A stretch of DNA of 64,000 nt from Fibrobacterota bacterium (lineage in GTDB: Bacteria > Fibrobacterota > Fibrobacteria > UBA5070): positions 100,280 to 164,279 of the forward strand of contig JADKBN010000018.1 in NCBI GenBank assembly GCA_016715065.1, written 5' to 3'. A program made the position numbers and the translations under genes. The notes under the pieces were generated by a model. That model saw nothing but the letters and a program-made list of their open reading frames with translations. It was not told where the DNA came from and did no database searches. Below, piece by piece: positions 10,117 through 19,314 of this stretch (its first letter is position 1; each line of letters begins with the position of its first letter).

Positions 10117-11604
10117 TTAGCGTGATTCGTTCTGCTTGGCGATGGCTTTTTCAAGGTCGCGCAAACGAGTTTCGAAGGACATTTTCTGCTCATGAATCGC
10201 TTTTTCCTGGGCGATGGCATGCAAGGTCAGCTCTTCCACCTTTTTCAGGAGAACCATGTTCATCGAAGCCACATCGACGCCTTGGGTGGTCATCTCCGCT
10301 GCGGAAGGAACCTCCGGAAGGTGTTTGTTGGCCTTGGTGAAGGCTTCGATTTCGGCCAAGGGCGCAAGCCTGTAGTCCGGTTCGAACACGTAGTCGGCGG
10401 GTGTGGCGCCAGGAGGGGTGGTGAGCTTTCCGGTGATGCGCAGGTCGCCCGTGATTGTACCGCCTGCGGAGGTCATCCACTGCCGCCAAGTCGACCAGTC
10501 CGTCGCGTTCCACTTGGTCCGGGTCCGGATATCACCGGAATGCGAGAAGTAGATCTGGGTCTTCTTTTCGCCGCTGCCCATGACCACGAGATCCCCATAG
10601 TCGTAAACTCCTGTCGGACCGTTGTAATTGCCCGGATGAATGGAATACCCGCCGATCGTATTCAACAAGGTCCAATCCGCAGGAGCATCTCCCCGTTCGA
10701 TGAATGTGGTGGCGAACGGGAAATTCCCTGTGTGGTAGACTGCCCGTTCCGCTTTGCCATCACCGAACACCGGCGCATCCGCAGCCGCGCGGATCGCGAA
10801 ATATTGGTCTGCTGTGCGGAGGAAGGTCGCCGAACCATCCCGCTTCCAGGCCACGGAATAATTGCCAGGACCGTGCGGACCGGACTTGTCCCCGTAGATC
10901 GCGCCATGCTCGCCGTCCGGGTACATTTCGAATTGACCACCCGCAACCGCCAGAGTATCGAACCCTCCGCGCAACGCGCTCACATTCCCGCCGGTTTGGA
11001 AGCCCCCCGCGGACACAGCCCCACCCACCGTCAGCGCCTTGGAAATCGACAACTCGCCAGAAATTGTCCCTCCCGCGCTGTTGAGCGGAGCGAATCCGAG
11101 GCTGGCCTGTTTCCCCGCCAATGCAGATTCTGTCTGCCGCTTGAAAAGACCGAAGGTCATCGTGTCAGCCTTGAGCTTCAGGGTGTCGCGGATACCGGAA
11201 AGGTTGCCGGAGGTCAGCGCGCCTTTGAGCGTGGTGTTCACGGACTCGAGGTCCGACTTGTGTTTGCGAGCAAGGTCCGCCAAAGTCCCGGTGTCGGCCT
11301 TGGCCCCAAGAGCCTTTTCCATCGCGCTCTGATCGACTTTGCTTGTCTGGATCTGTCCGATGGTCGCTTGGACTCCCTTGAGGGCGGCGTCGGTGGCTTT
11401 CAAGGATGCATCTGTCGCTTTCAGAGAAGCGGCTACGTCCTCCTGGACGGACTTGACCGCACGGTTCTGGATGGCCGTATCCAGGCGCATGAAGTTCTCG
11501 TTCACGTCACGAGCGATCGCGGCTTTCCCCGACTCGAATTGGATGAGCTCGGTGGAAAACCCAAGAGCGGGGATCAAGACGGACAACATTACGGGCTGGC
11601 GCAT
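10117..11604 (-). CDS. secreted tail-fibre/fibritin-like protein, paralogue 2
   Basis: Signal MRQPVMLSVLIPALG. IQFESGKAAIARDVNENFMRLDTAIQN. Repeated LKATDA coiled coil. Central region distinct from paralogues 1 and 3. GDLRITGKLTTPPGATPADYVFEPDYRLAPLAEIEAFTKANKHLPEVPSAAEM C-terminal domain. Confidence 0.75.
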   Translation of the reverse strand: MRQPVMLSVLIPALGFSTELIQFESGKAAIARDVNENFMRLDTAIQNRAVKSVQEDVAASLKATDASLKATDAALKGVQATIGQIQTSKVDQSAMEKALGAKADTGTLADLARKHKSDLESVNTTLKGALTSGNLSGIRDTLKLKADTMTFGLFKRQTESALAGKQASLGFAPLNSAGGTISGELSISKALTVGGAVSAGGFQTGGNVSALRGGFDTLAVAGGQFEMYPDGEHGAIYGDKSGPHGPGNYSVAWKRDGSATFLRTADQYFAIRAAADAPVFGDGKAERAVYHTGNFPFATTFIERGDAPADWTLLNTIGGYSIHPGNYNGPTGVYDYGDLVVMGSGEKKTQIYFSHSGDIRTRTKWNATDWSTWRQWMTSAGGTITGDLRITGKLTTPPGATPADYVFEPDYRLAPLAEIEAFTKANKHLPEVPSAAEMTTQGVDVASMNMVLLKKVEELTLHAIAQEKAIHEQKMSFETRLRDLEKAIAKQNESR

Positions 11605-11699
11605 GGAAGAACCTCTGAATGGAGAATCGGCGTTCTGCCTCACAAAGTAATTCCACCCCGTCCCGATTCTCGGTTCGAATCCACCGGGCAACGCAGCCC

Positions 11700-13226
11700 C
11701 TACTCGCCTCGCATCGCCTCCAGCCGATCCAATCGGGCTTTCTGGTCGGCCAAATCGGACCGCTGCGCTTCAAGCACCTTCTGCTGCTCGATCGCATGCA
11801 AGGTCAGCTCCTCCACCTTCTTCAGGAGGATCATGTTCATCCCGGCGACATCGACCCCGTTTTTCGTCATTTCCGACGCCGAAGGAACCTCCGGCAGGTG
11901 CTTGTTGGCTTTGGTGAAAGCTTCGATTTCCGCCAACGACGCGAGATCGTAGTCAGGCTCGAACACGTAGTCGGCGGGTGTGGCGCCGGGAGGGGTGGTG
12001 AGCTTACCGGTGATGCGCAGGTCGCCCATCGATGCTGTCGCCGCGGCAAATTTCCCGGTTGGCAAAACCAGGTCGCCAAAGATCCTGGTCTCCGTCAATC
12101 CGACGAGAACCCGCAAGTCGGAATTTCCGTTGGTGATCCCAAATCCCGCACTCGGCTCCGCACCCGACCGGACGTTTCCAATCTGCCAATGGCTGTCGTA
12201 CCAGCGGAAGTCCAAGGCGTGACGAATCGAGGCCAACAGCCCCGCCGAGGTCTCCAACGTCGAATTGTCGTTGAAAACCGTGGTGATCTCGTTGGCCTCG
12301 CTGCCCGCGAAAACGGGCCCCTTCGTGGTCACGAAGGCGGCGGGATCCAGGTTCCCCGAGTGCCAAAGCTCCTTCCCGTCCAGTGTCGGCGCATGGAAGC
12401 TCGCCTCGGGAAGATCCAGAATGTGCGCTGCCGAGCGAAGGCGGAGACCGAAATACCCGGCCACCTGCATTTGGGATCCAACTTCGAGACTTGGTGTACT
12501 GCTCAGGGAAGGAATGTTGGATCGACCCATGCCGTACCAGGTGCCTTCGTCGACCAGATCGCCCACCGTCGAATTGAAAAACACCCTGGAGAGGTGTGCC
12601 GCATCCCCGGTGCGCACGAGCTTGGGAGATTCGCTCGCATCCAGCTTCAGGTCCAGCATCGCGACGGTAGGCAACCCCGCGACGGTGGATTGAATGTTGC
12701 CGATCTGTCCCGCCACTTCGCCGCTGTCGGACTTCACCTTCGCCTGGAAAGTGGAGAAGGTCGATGCCTCTAGCTTGGAGGCGATGTTGGCGTTCGTGGG
12801 GACGCCGGAAATCAACGCTGCGGTCGAAGCGCTGTCTTGCTTCACCTTGGATTTGAATTCCACCAATGCCGAAAGGTCCGCCTTGCTTCCCAAGCCAGAC
12901 GAAATCTGTCCAACCTTGCCGGATTGGGACAGGCTGTCCACGCGGAGCTTCGCCTGGTAGCCGGCGAACGCCGCGCTATCGCGGCGGATTCGAGCGGAGA
13001 TCGCCGCAAGACTGTCCCGCAAGGCGCCTTCGGCCTTGGTGTTGACCAGGGCCGCGAGAGCGTCCATGCCGGCCTGGCTCGCTTTCGTCTGCATCGCGGA
13101 GTCCAGTTGACGGAAATTGCTGTTGATTTCCAAGGCGCGAGCAGGCTGACCTGGCTTAAATTCCGTCAACCCTGCCGCGAAACTCAGCACCGATCCAGCC
13201 AAACAGGTCACGATGGCAGACTTCAC
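11700..13226 (-). CDS. secreted tail-fibre/fibritin-like protein, paralogue 3
   Basis: GTG start with AAGGAG RBS. Signal KSAIVTCLAGSVLSFAAG. ALEINSNFRQLDSAMQ. Shares IRHALDFRWYDSHWQIGNVRS and the C-terminal YVFEPDYDLASLAEIEAFTKANKHLPEVPSASEM domain with paralogue 1. Confidence 0.75.
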   Translation of the reverse strand: MKSAIVTCLAGSVLSFAAGLTEFKPGQPARALEINSNFRQLDSAMQTKASQAGMDALAALVNTKAEGALRDSLAAISARIRRDSAAFAGYQAKLRVDSLSQSGKVGQISSGLGSKADLSALVEFKSKVKQDSASTAALISGVPTNANIASKLEASTFSTFQAKVKSDSGEVAGQIGNIQSTVAGLPTVAMLDLKLDASESPKLVRTGDAAHLSRVFFNSTVGDLVDEGTWYGMGRSNIPSLSSTPSLEVGSQMQVAGYFGLRLRSAAHILDLPEASFHAPTLDGKELWHSGNLDPAAFVTTKGPVFAGSEANEITTVFNDNSTLETSAGLLASIRHALDFRWYDSHWQIGNVRSGAEPSAGFGITNGNSDLRVLVGLTETRIFGDLVLPTGKFAAATASMGDLRITGKLTTPPGATPADYVFEPDYDLASLAEIEAFTKANKHLPEVPSASEMTKNGVDVAGMNMILLKKVEELTLHAIEQQKVLEAQRSDLADQKARLDRLEAMRGE

Positions 13227-13280
13227 GGTCTTACTCCTTCTATTGGGGGATTCATGGAACGCGATCGGATCCGATAGATA

Positions 13281-13308
13281 GAAAAAAGGCACCCGAAACC
13301 GGGTGCCC
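13281..13308 (-). terminator. intrinsic terminator (GC hairpin plus T-run) between the typA repeats and tail-fibre paralogue 3
   Basis: Minus-strand sequence GGCACCCGGTTTCGGGTGCC followed by TTTTTTC. Confidence 0.6.
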
Positions 13309-13346
13309 TGTTCTTCCAGCACGATGACCGCGCGATGGAACCGGTG

Positions 13347-13577
13347 CTACGCCTCTTCGACGTTTTTCGAACGCGACTGGCGCTTCGCACATCTTCGTCT
13401 CCATCTTGCGATGGAGACTGCGCGCGCGGCAGTCGCCACGGCCCTTACGCCTCTTCGACGTTTTTCGAACGCGACTGGCGCTTCGCACATCTTCGTCTCC
13501 ATCTTGCGATGGAGACTGCGCGCGCGGCAGTCGCCACGGCCCTTACGCCTCTTCGACGTTTTTCGAACGCGACTGGC
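13347..13577. repeat. 98-bp direct tandem repeat (2 full copies plus the partial copy that is the real typA 3' end)
   Basis: Period 98 by two landmark alignments. Each unit carries the last 12 typA codons ([12 protein letters not shown]), the TAA stop and a CTCCATC-TTGC-GATGGAG hairpin. Copies at 13347-13444 and 13445-13542, partial at 13543-13577. Confidence 0.9.
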
Positions 13578-15372
13578 GCTTGCGCTCGTTCTCGTCGAGG
13601 TACATCTTGCGGATGCGGATGGATTCGGGGGTCATCTCGACGAGTTCGTCGGTGTTGATCCAGCTGATCGCGTCTTCCAAGGTCATGGGGCGGGGTGGCG
13701 TGAGAACGATGTTTTCGTCCGTGGCCGTGGTGCGCATGTTGGTGAGCTGCTTGCCCTTGACCAGATTCACGATCAGGTCGTCTTCGCGGCAGTGTTCGCC
13801 GAGGATCATGCCGGTGTAGACCGAAGTGCCCGGATGGATGAACAACACGCCGCGATCCTGCATCTTGAACATGGAGAATCCGGTGGTCTCGCCCTCTTCC
13901 TTCGAGATGAGCGCGCCTTCCTTGCGTTCGGCGATCTCGCCCTTGATCGGCTCGTAGCCCTTGAACAAGGTCTGCATCACCGCGTAGCCGCGAGTGAGGG
14001 ACAACAACTTGGAACGCAGGCCGATGAGTCCGCGCGACGGGATGTGGTAGACGATATTCGTCGCGTTGCCGTGCGTTTCCAGGTGGACCATGTCGCCGCG
14101 GCGGCTGCCCAATTCCTGGATGACGGGGCCCTGGTGCTCGGTGGGGACGTCGACGGTGAAGATCTCGACGGGCTCGCAGACCTCGCCGTCGACGTTCTTC
14201 AGGACCACTTGTGGCCGACCCACCGCGAACTCGTAGCCTTCGCGACGCATCTTCTCGATCAGGATGGACAGGTGCAGCACGCCGCGACCGGCCACCAGGA
14301 ACTTGGACGGGTCCGCCTGCTGGGTCACGTGCAGAGCCACGTCGCCAAGCTGTTCGCGACGCAATCTGTCACCGATCTGGGTGGAGGTGACGAACTTGCC
14401 TTCGCGCCCGCAGAAGGGAGAGTCGTTGACCTGGAAAATCATGCTGATGGTGGGAGGATCCACCGTGATGCGCGGCTGGATGACGGGATTTTCGGGATCC
14501 GTCACCGTGTCGCCGAGCTGGAAATCGGAAACGCCGGCCAACTGGACGATCTGGCCGGGACCCACATCGGGCTGTTCGGTGAGCTTGAGTCCGATGTACG
14601 CGTAGATCTTGGTGATGCGCGTGCGCTTGACGGTGCCGTCGGGCTGCGAAAGTCCAACGGTCTGGTTCACCTTGAGGGTGCCCTGCTTCAGGCGGCCGAT
14701 GGCCAGACGTCCCAGGAATTCCGAGTAGTCCAGCGAGCTGATCAGCATCGAGAAGGGCGCGTCGGTCTCTCCGGTCGGGGGCGGGATCTTGTCGACGATC
14801 ATGTCGAACAGCGGAGTGAAGTCGGAGTCCGCGTGTTCCATTTCCTTGCGGCAGGTCCCGTTGCGGGCCGCGGCGAAGATGTGCGGGAAGTCCAACTGCT
14901 GGTCGGTGGCGCCCAGTTCCACGAACAGGTCGAAGACCTTGTCCAGGGATCCGTGCGGATCGCAACCGTCGCGGTCGATCTTGTTTACGACAACGATTGG
15001 CTGGAGGTTCAGCTCGAGCGCCTTTTGCAGGACAAATCGCGTCTGGGCCATGGGGCCGTCGAACGCGTCCACCACCAGAAGCACTCCGTCCACCGTGGAG
15101 AGCACCCGTTCCACCTGGCCGCCGAAGTCGGCGTGTCCAGGGGTGTCCACGATGTTGATGAAGTTCCCTTTGTAGGAAATCGACGTGTTCTTGGACAAGA
15201 TCGTGATCCCGCGCTCGCGCTCGAGATCGTTGTTGTCCATGACCCGCTCGGCGACTTCCTGGTTTTCGCGGAAAGCTCCACCCTGGCGGAGAAGTTGGTC
15301 GACGAGCGTGGTCTTGCCGTGGTCGACGTGCGCGATGATGGCGACGTTTCTGATTTTGCTGGATTCGATCAT
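13543..15372 (-). CDS. typA: translational GTPase TypA/BipA
   Basis: [18 protein letters not shown]1 motif, [18 protein letters not shown]-like domains. C-terminus [13 protein letters not shown]. Confidence 0.9.
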   Translation of the reverse strand: MIESSKIRNVAIIAHVDHGKTTLVDQLLRQGGAFRENQEVAERVMDNNDLERERGITILSKNTSISYKGNFINIVDTPGHADFGGQVERVLSTVDGVLLVVDAFDGPMAQTRFVLQKALELNLQPIVVVNKIDRDGCDPHGSLDKVFDLFVELGATDQQLDFPHIFAAARNGTCRKEMEHADSDFTPLFDMIVDKIPPPTGETDAPFSMLISSLDYSEFLGRLAIGRLKQGTLKVNQTVGLSQPDGTVKRTRITKIYAYIGLKLTEQPDVGPGQIVQLAGVSDFQLGDTVTDPENPVIQPRITVDPPTISMIFQVNDSPFCGREGKFVTSTQIGDRLRREQLGDVALHVTQQADPSKFLVAGRGVLHLSILIEKMRREGYEFAVGRPQVVLKNVDGEVCEPVEIFTVDVPTEHQGPVIQELGSRRGDMVHLETHGNATNIVYHIPSRGLIGLRSKLLSLTRGYAVMQTLFKGYEPIKGEIAERKEGALISKEEGETTGFSMFKMQDRGVLFIHPGTSVYTGMILGEHCREDDLIVNLVKGKQLTNMRTTATDENIVLTPPRPMTLEDAISWINTDELVEMTPESIRIRKMYLDENERKRQSRSKNVEEA

Positions 15373-15651
15373 TTGGGGCGCAAGGTAGAACCCTGAGGCC
15401 GTGGTGGGGAGATCATTCATTGCAATCTGGTCACAGCGGCGAACACAAAGATGGACGAAACAGTCCACTGTTATGCATCTGCTCCTCTAGGTGCGATTTC
15501 AGAACCCGTGATGGCCGCGTCCGTCCTGGATTAGATTGCAGGATGCGAATTGGTTTCACCCGACCTGGGAATCTTGGCAGACACCTATCATTTTTCCCGC
15601 TCGGGAATCAGAAACCAGCCACCATCAGACAATGCCAAAAAGGACCGTTCC

Positions 15652-16158
15652 ATGAAATTCCTCACCCTCGCCCTATGTGCCACCGCCTCCGCCGCCCTGG
15701 CCGCCTCCCCTTCGTTGGTCAATGGCGACTTCGAGAAAGAGCTGTCCAGCTGGCAGGTCTGGGGGGGCGTGGTCACCCCCGCCGCCCACGGCGGAAAGTT
15801 CGCCGTGCAAATCACCAACAAGGCACCGACCTGGTCCGGAGTCGACCAGGTCATCGACATTCCCACCGGCACCAAGAAGGTCAAGATTTCGGGCTGGATC
15901 AAGGGTGACTCGATCAAGCCGGGCAAGGAAAAGTGGGAACTCGGCCGCATCGCGATCGAATTTCGCGACGCCAAGACCGAAATGGTCGGTGGCTACCCCC
16001 CGGTGGTCGGCGAACTGGTGGGCACCAAGGCATGGACCAAGGTGGAACACACCTATGACATCCCTGCCGGAGCCGCCAGTATCAAACTCCAGTGCGCTTT
16101 GGGCAACACCGTCGGCACCGTGACCTGCGACGACATCGCGCTGGAATACTCCAAGTAA
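15652..16158 (+). CDS. secreted carbohydrate-binding-module-like (jelly-roll) protein
   Basis: Signal MKFLTLALCATASAALAA. NGDFEKELSSWQVWGG pattern typical of CBM4/9/22-type domains. About 168 aa. Confidence 0.45.
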   Translation: MKFLTLALCATASAALAASPSLVNGDFEKELSSWQVWGGVVTPAAHGGKFAVQITNKAPTWSGVDQVIDIPTGTKKVKISGWIKGDSIKPGKEKWELGRIAIEFRDAKTEMVGGYPPVVGELVGTKAWTKVEHTYDIPAGAASIKLQCALGNTVGTVTCDDIALEYSK

Positions 16159-16195
16159 TCCCAAGTCCCTGTCGAAGGGTCAAAAACCAGAGCTG

Positions 16196-16373
16196 CCGTT
16201 CGTCCTGAGGAGGCGCTGAAAGCGCCGTCTCGAAGGGCGAATGGCAGAATCCGTCGACACTTCGATAAGCTCAGTACTGGCTGAAAATCTTCGGATCGAC
16301 TTGGAATGGATACAAGCCGATCCCCCGTTCGCCCTTCGAGACGCCCATTCCATGGGCTCCTCAGGACGAACGG
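16196..16373. mobile_element. palindromic MITE/REP-like intergenic element, copy A
   Basis: Termini CCGTTCGTCCTGAGGAG...CTCCTCAGGACGAACGG. Inner inverted GTCTCGAAGGGCGAA / TTCGCCCTTCGAGAC. Each arm has its own small hairpin. About 100-bp central insert. Lies between convergent gene ends. Confidence 0.7.
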
Positions 16374-16407
16374 AAAGCCAAGCCTCCATGAGTTCGGCAG
16401 ACAGGGT

Positions 16408-17590
16408 TCAGAGTCGCGCGGCGATCTTGGCCAGGCCTGCCAGGGCCAGATCCGCCTGCTCGGCGGTCAATACCAACGGTGGCAACAAGCGCACCACGTC
16501 GCTTCCGGCTCGATAGATGATCAGGCCTTCCTCGCGGGCGGCCTCGATCACTTTGTTGGGATCGACCGCTACCCTGATGCCCAGGAGCATTCCGCGGCCG
16601 CGTACTTCCAGGAAAGGGCCAACTCCGGAAAGGGCCTCCAATCCTGACCGCAGACGCGAGGCCACCGCTCGGACGCCTTCCAAAAATCCAGGCTTCTCCA
16701 GCCGGTCCAACACCGCAAGTCCTGCGGCGATGGCCACGGGGTTGCCTCCGAAGGTGGTGCCGTGATCGCCCGCTTGGATCACTTCTGCCACGGCGCCCTT
16801 GAGAAGCACCGCCCCCAAGGGAAGCCCGCCACCCAATGGCTTGGCCAAGGTCACAAGATCCGGCGCCAATCCGGAAGCAGGAAAGGCGAACCATTCGCCG
16901 GTGCGCCCCAGGCCGGTCTGGATCTCGTCGCAAATCAGCAGGAACCCGTGGCGTTTTTGCAGCACGCAAAGCTCGGCGACAAATTCCGCCGAGGGCTCCA
17001 CCACTCCTCCCTCGGCCAGGATCGGCTCCAGGATCACGGCCGCGGTGTGGGCTCCGACGCATTCGCGCAACGATTCCACCGTGAGATCCGATCGCACGAA
17101 TCCCGGCAACATGGGGCCGAATCCGGTTTGCATCTTGTCCTGGCCGGTGGCGGCCAAGGCTCCGTAGGTGCGCCCGTGGAAAGATTGCGAAAAAGAGACG
17201 ATTTCATGGCGCCACGCCGAACCCTGGGCAAACCAGAACTTGCGGGCGAACTTGAACGCGGCCTCGTTCGCTTCGGTGCCCGAGTTGCAGAAAAAGGCCT
17301 TATCGAACGCCCCGTGGGAGCACAGGATGCGCGCCATGCGGCCTTGGAAAGGCGTGTAATACAGGTTCGAGGAGTGGGTCATCCGTGAAGACTGCTCATG
17401 GATTGCCGCGACCACAGCCGGGTCGGCGTGACCCAGCGCGTTGACGGCGATTCCCGAGGTGAGATCCAGGTATTTGCGACCCTCGACATCCCAGACCCAC
17501 ACGCCCTCTCCTCGTTCCAGGAACAAGGGCTGGCGTGCATAGGTTCCCAGCACCCATTGAGCATCGGTTTCGCGGATTTGCTGCGGCGTC
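16408..17590 (-). CDS. argD: class-III aminotransferase, acetylornithine aminotransferase-like
   Basis: PLP fold motifs LICDEIQTGLGRTG, TLAKPLGGGLP, GTTFGGNP. GGAGAGG RBS before ATGACG. Confidence 0.75.
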
Positions 17591-17689
17591 ATAACCTGTT
17601 GTTCCTCTCCATGCATTGCGCTTCGAACTTGGAATTTTCGGAAAACAAAAGGGAAACAGAACCTGTCCGTCTCCCTTGCCACGCTATTT

Positions 17690-17731
17690 CCGTTCGCTTC
17701 GAGGAAGGCGACCCGCCCTTGAGGCGAACGG
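17690..17731. repeat. 42-bp near-perfect palindrome with the same termini as the MITE family (CCGTTCG...CGAACGG); minimal family member
   Basis: CCGTTCGCTTCGAGGAAGGCGACCCGCCCTTGAGGCGAACGG, between rng and argD. Confidence 0.45.
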
Positions 17732-17761
17732 AAAGGCTTGCTTGCGCCTCCCAACCAGCAA

Positions 17762-19303
17762 TTAGGCCTGGTTGTGCTGGGGCGTCAGCTCTTCGTACGA
17801 GCGCGAGTGGAAGATGCGGAAGCTGTCTGCCGGAGCGTCCGGGTCTTCCACCAGATCCAGCTTGACCCCGAACCTTTCCAGATGGTGGAACGCGTAGGAG
17901 CGCTCGGCCACCAAGTAGTCGATGATCCGGCTGTGGACGATGATGGTGAGTTCCTTGGGTCCGTTCCTGGCCTGGTTGCGACGGATCCAGCGCTCCAACG
18001 CCGCGACCACGGAGCTGGGCAACAGCACGTTGCCGCCGCCGCCGCAGTGGCTGCAGGGTTCGGAGACGGTCTTGACCAATGCTTCGCGCACACGCTTTCG
18101 GGTCATTTCCAGGAGGCCGAACTGGCTGATCTGGCTGGCCACCGTGATGGGGGCGCGATCGCCGCGCAGAGCCTTCTTGAATTCCTTGACCAGCCGCTCG
18201 CGGTCGTCTTCGGAATCCATGTCGATGAAATCCACCACGATGATCCCACCCAGATCGCGCAAACGAAGCTGTTTGGCGATTTCCTTGGCGGCGGCGACGT
18301 TCGTGTCGAAAATGGTCGCGGCTTGGTCGTCGCGGCCCACGTTGCGGCCGGTATTGACGTCGATGGTGGTCATCGCCTCGGTGGTCTGAATCACCAGGTG
18401 CGATCCCTTGCGGATCCAAACCTTGTCCTGGTAGACCTTCTCCACGTCCGGTTCGATCTGGAACACGTCGAACATCGGGGTGTTGTCTTCGTACAGATGC
18501 ACGCGGCTGACCAGATCCGGCGAAAGCTGGCGGATGTAGGCGCGGGTCTTCTGGTAGAAGTCCTTGTCGTCGACCACGACCTTGTCGACTTTTTCGGAGA
18601 AGTAGTCGCGCAGGATGCCCACGGCGGCTTCGCTCTCCTCCAGAACCATCCGCGGGGCTTCGCATTCGGCCGCCACTGACTTGATGAATTCCCACTTGGC
18701 CTCGAGCTGGTGCATCTCGGCCTTGAACTCGTCTTCGGTTTCGTTCAGACCATTGGTCCGCACGATGTAGCCGACATCCTTGGCCACGCGCAGGTCTTGC
18801 ACCAAGCGCTTGAGCTGGCGGCGAGAACCGTGGTCTCGGCTTTTTTTGGACACCCCGATGAACGTGGTGTTGGGCATGCACACCAAAAAGCGCCCCGCCA
18901 GGGAAAGGTATCCGGTGACCTTCGCTCCCTTGGTGGAGATCGGTTCCTTGACCACCTGGACCAGGATTTCCTGGCCTTCGCGCAAAAGCTGGTCGATGGG
19001 CTTCTCGGCGCGGTCGCGCCGACGAGGATCGATGTCGTCGTCGGAATCGTCGTTGTCGTCGAAATCCACTCCACCGGCGGGAGCGACGTCGGCGGCATGG
19101 AGAAAGGCTGCCTTCTCCAGTCCGATGTCGACGAACGCCGCCTGCATGCCGGGAAGCACGGAGACGACCCTGCCCTTGTAGATGTTTCCGACGATCCGTT
19201 GATTGTCGGGTTTGTCGACCACCAGCTCGATGAGCCGGTTGTCCTCGAGCAACGCGATGCGCTTCTCGAAGGGAGATACGTTGATGAAGATGTCTCTACG
19301 CAA
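17762..19303 (-). CDS. rng: ribonuclease G/E-family endoribonuclease
   Basis: 513 aa. S1 domain region IYKGRVVSVLPGMQAAFVDIG. Catalytic-domain block GGIIVVDFIDM. Confidence 0.85.
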   Translation of the reverse strand: MRRDIFINVSPFEKRIALLEDNRLIELVVDKPDNQRIVGNIYKGRVVSVLPGMQAAFVDIGLEKAAFLHAADVAPAGGVDFDDNDDSDDDIDPRRRDRAEKPIDQLLREGQEILVQVVKEPISTKGAKVTGYLSLAGRFLVCMPNTTFIGVSKKSRDHGSRRQLKRLVQDLRVAKDVGYIVRTNGLNETEDEFKAEMHQLEAKWEFIKSVAAECEAPRMVLEESEAAVGILRDYFSEKVDKVVVDDKDFYQKTRAYIRQLSPDLVSRVHLYEDNTPMFDVFQIEPDVEKVYQDKVWIRKGSHLVIQTTEAMTTIDVNTGRNVGRDDQAATIFDTNVAAAKEIAKQLRLRDLGGIIVVDFIDMDSEDDRERLVKEFKKALRGDRAPITVASQISQFGLLEMTRKRVREALVKTVSEPCSHCGGGGNVLLPSSVVAALERWIRRNQARNGPKELTIIVHSRIIDYLVAERSYAFHHLERFGVKLDLVEDPDAPADSFRIFHSRSYEELTPQHNQA

Positions 19304-19314
19304 AGGAATAGTCC

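Noticed and set aside
11640-11699. tRNA-like T-loop motif GGTTCGAATCC in the intergenic region between tail-fibre paralogues 3 and 2.
   Set aside because: The flanking 5-mers (CTCGG / CCACC) do not pair, and no acceptor or D-arm can be formed.
8730-13226. Diversity-generating retroelement targeting the tail-fibre paralogues.
   Set aside because: No reverse-transcriptase gene and no template-repeat / variable-repeat pair visible in the window. The variability looks like paralogue divergence, not A-specific mutagenesis.
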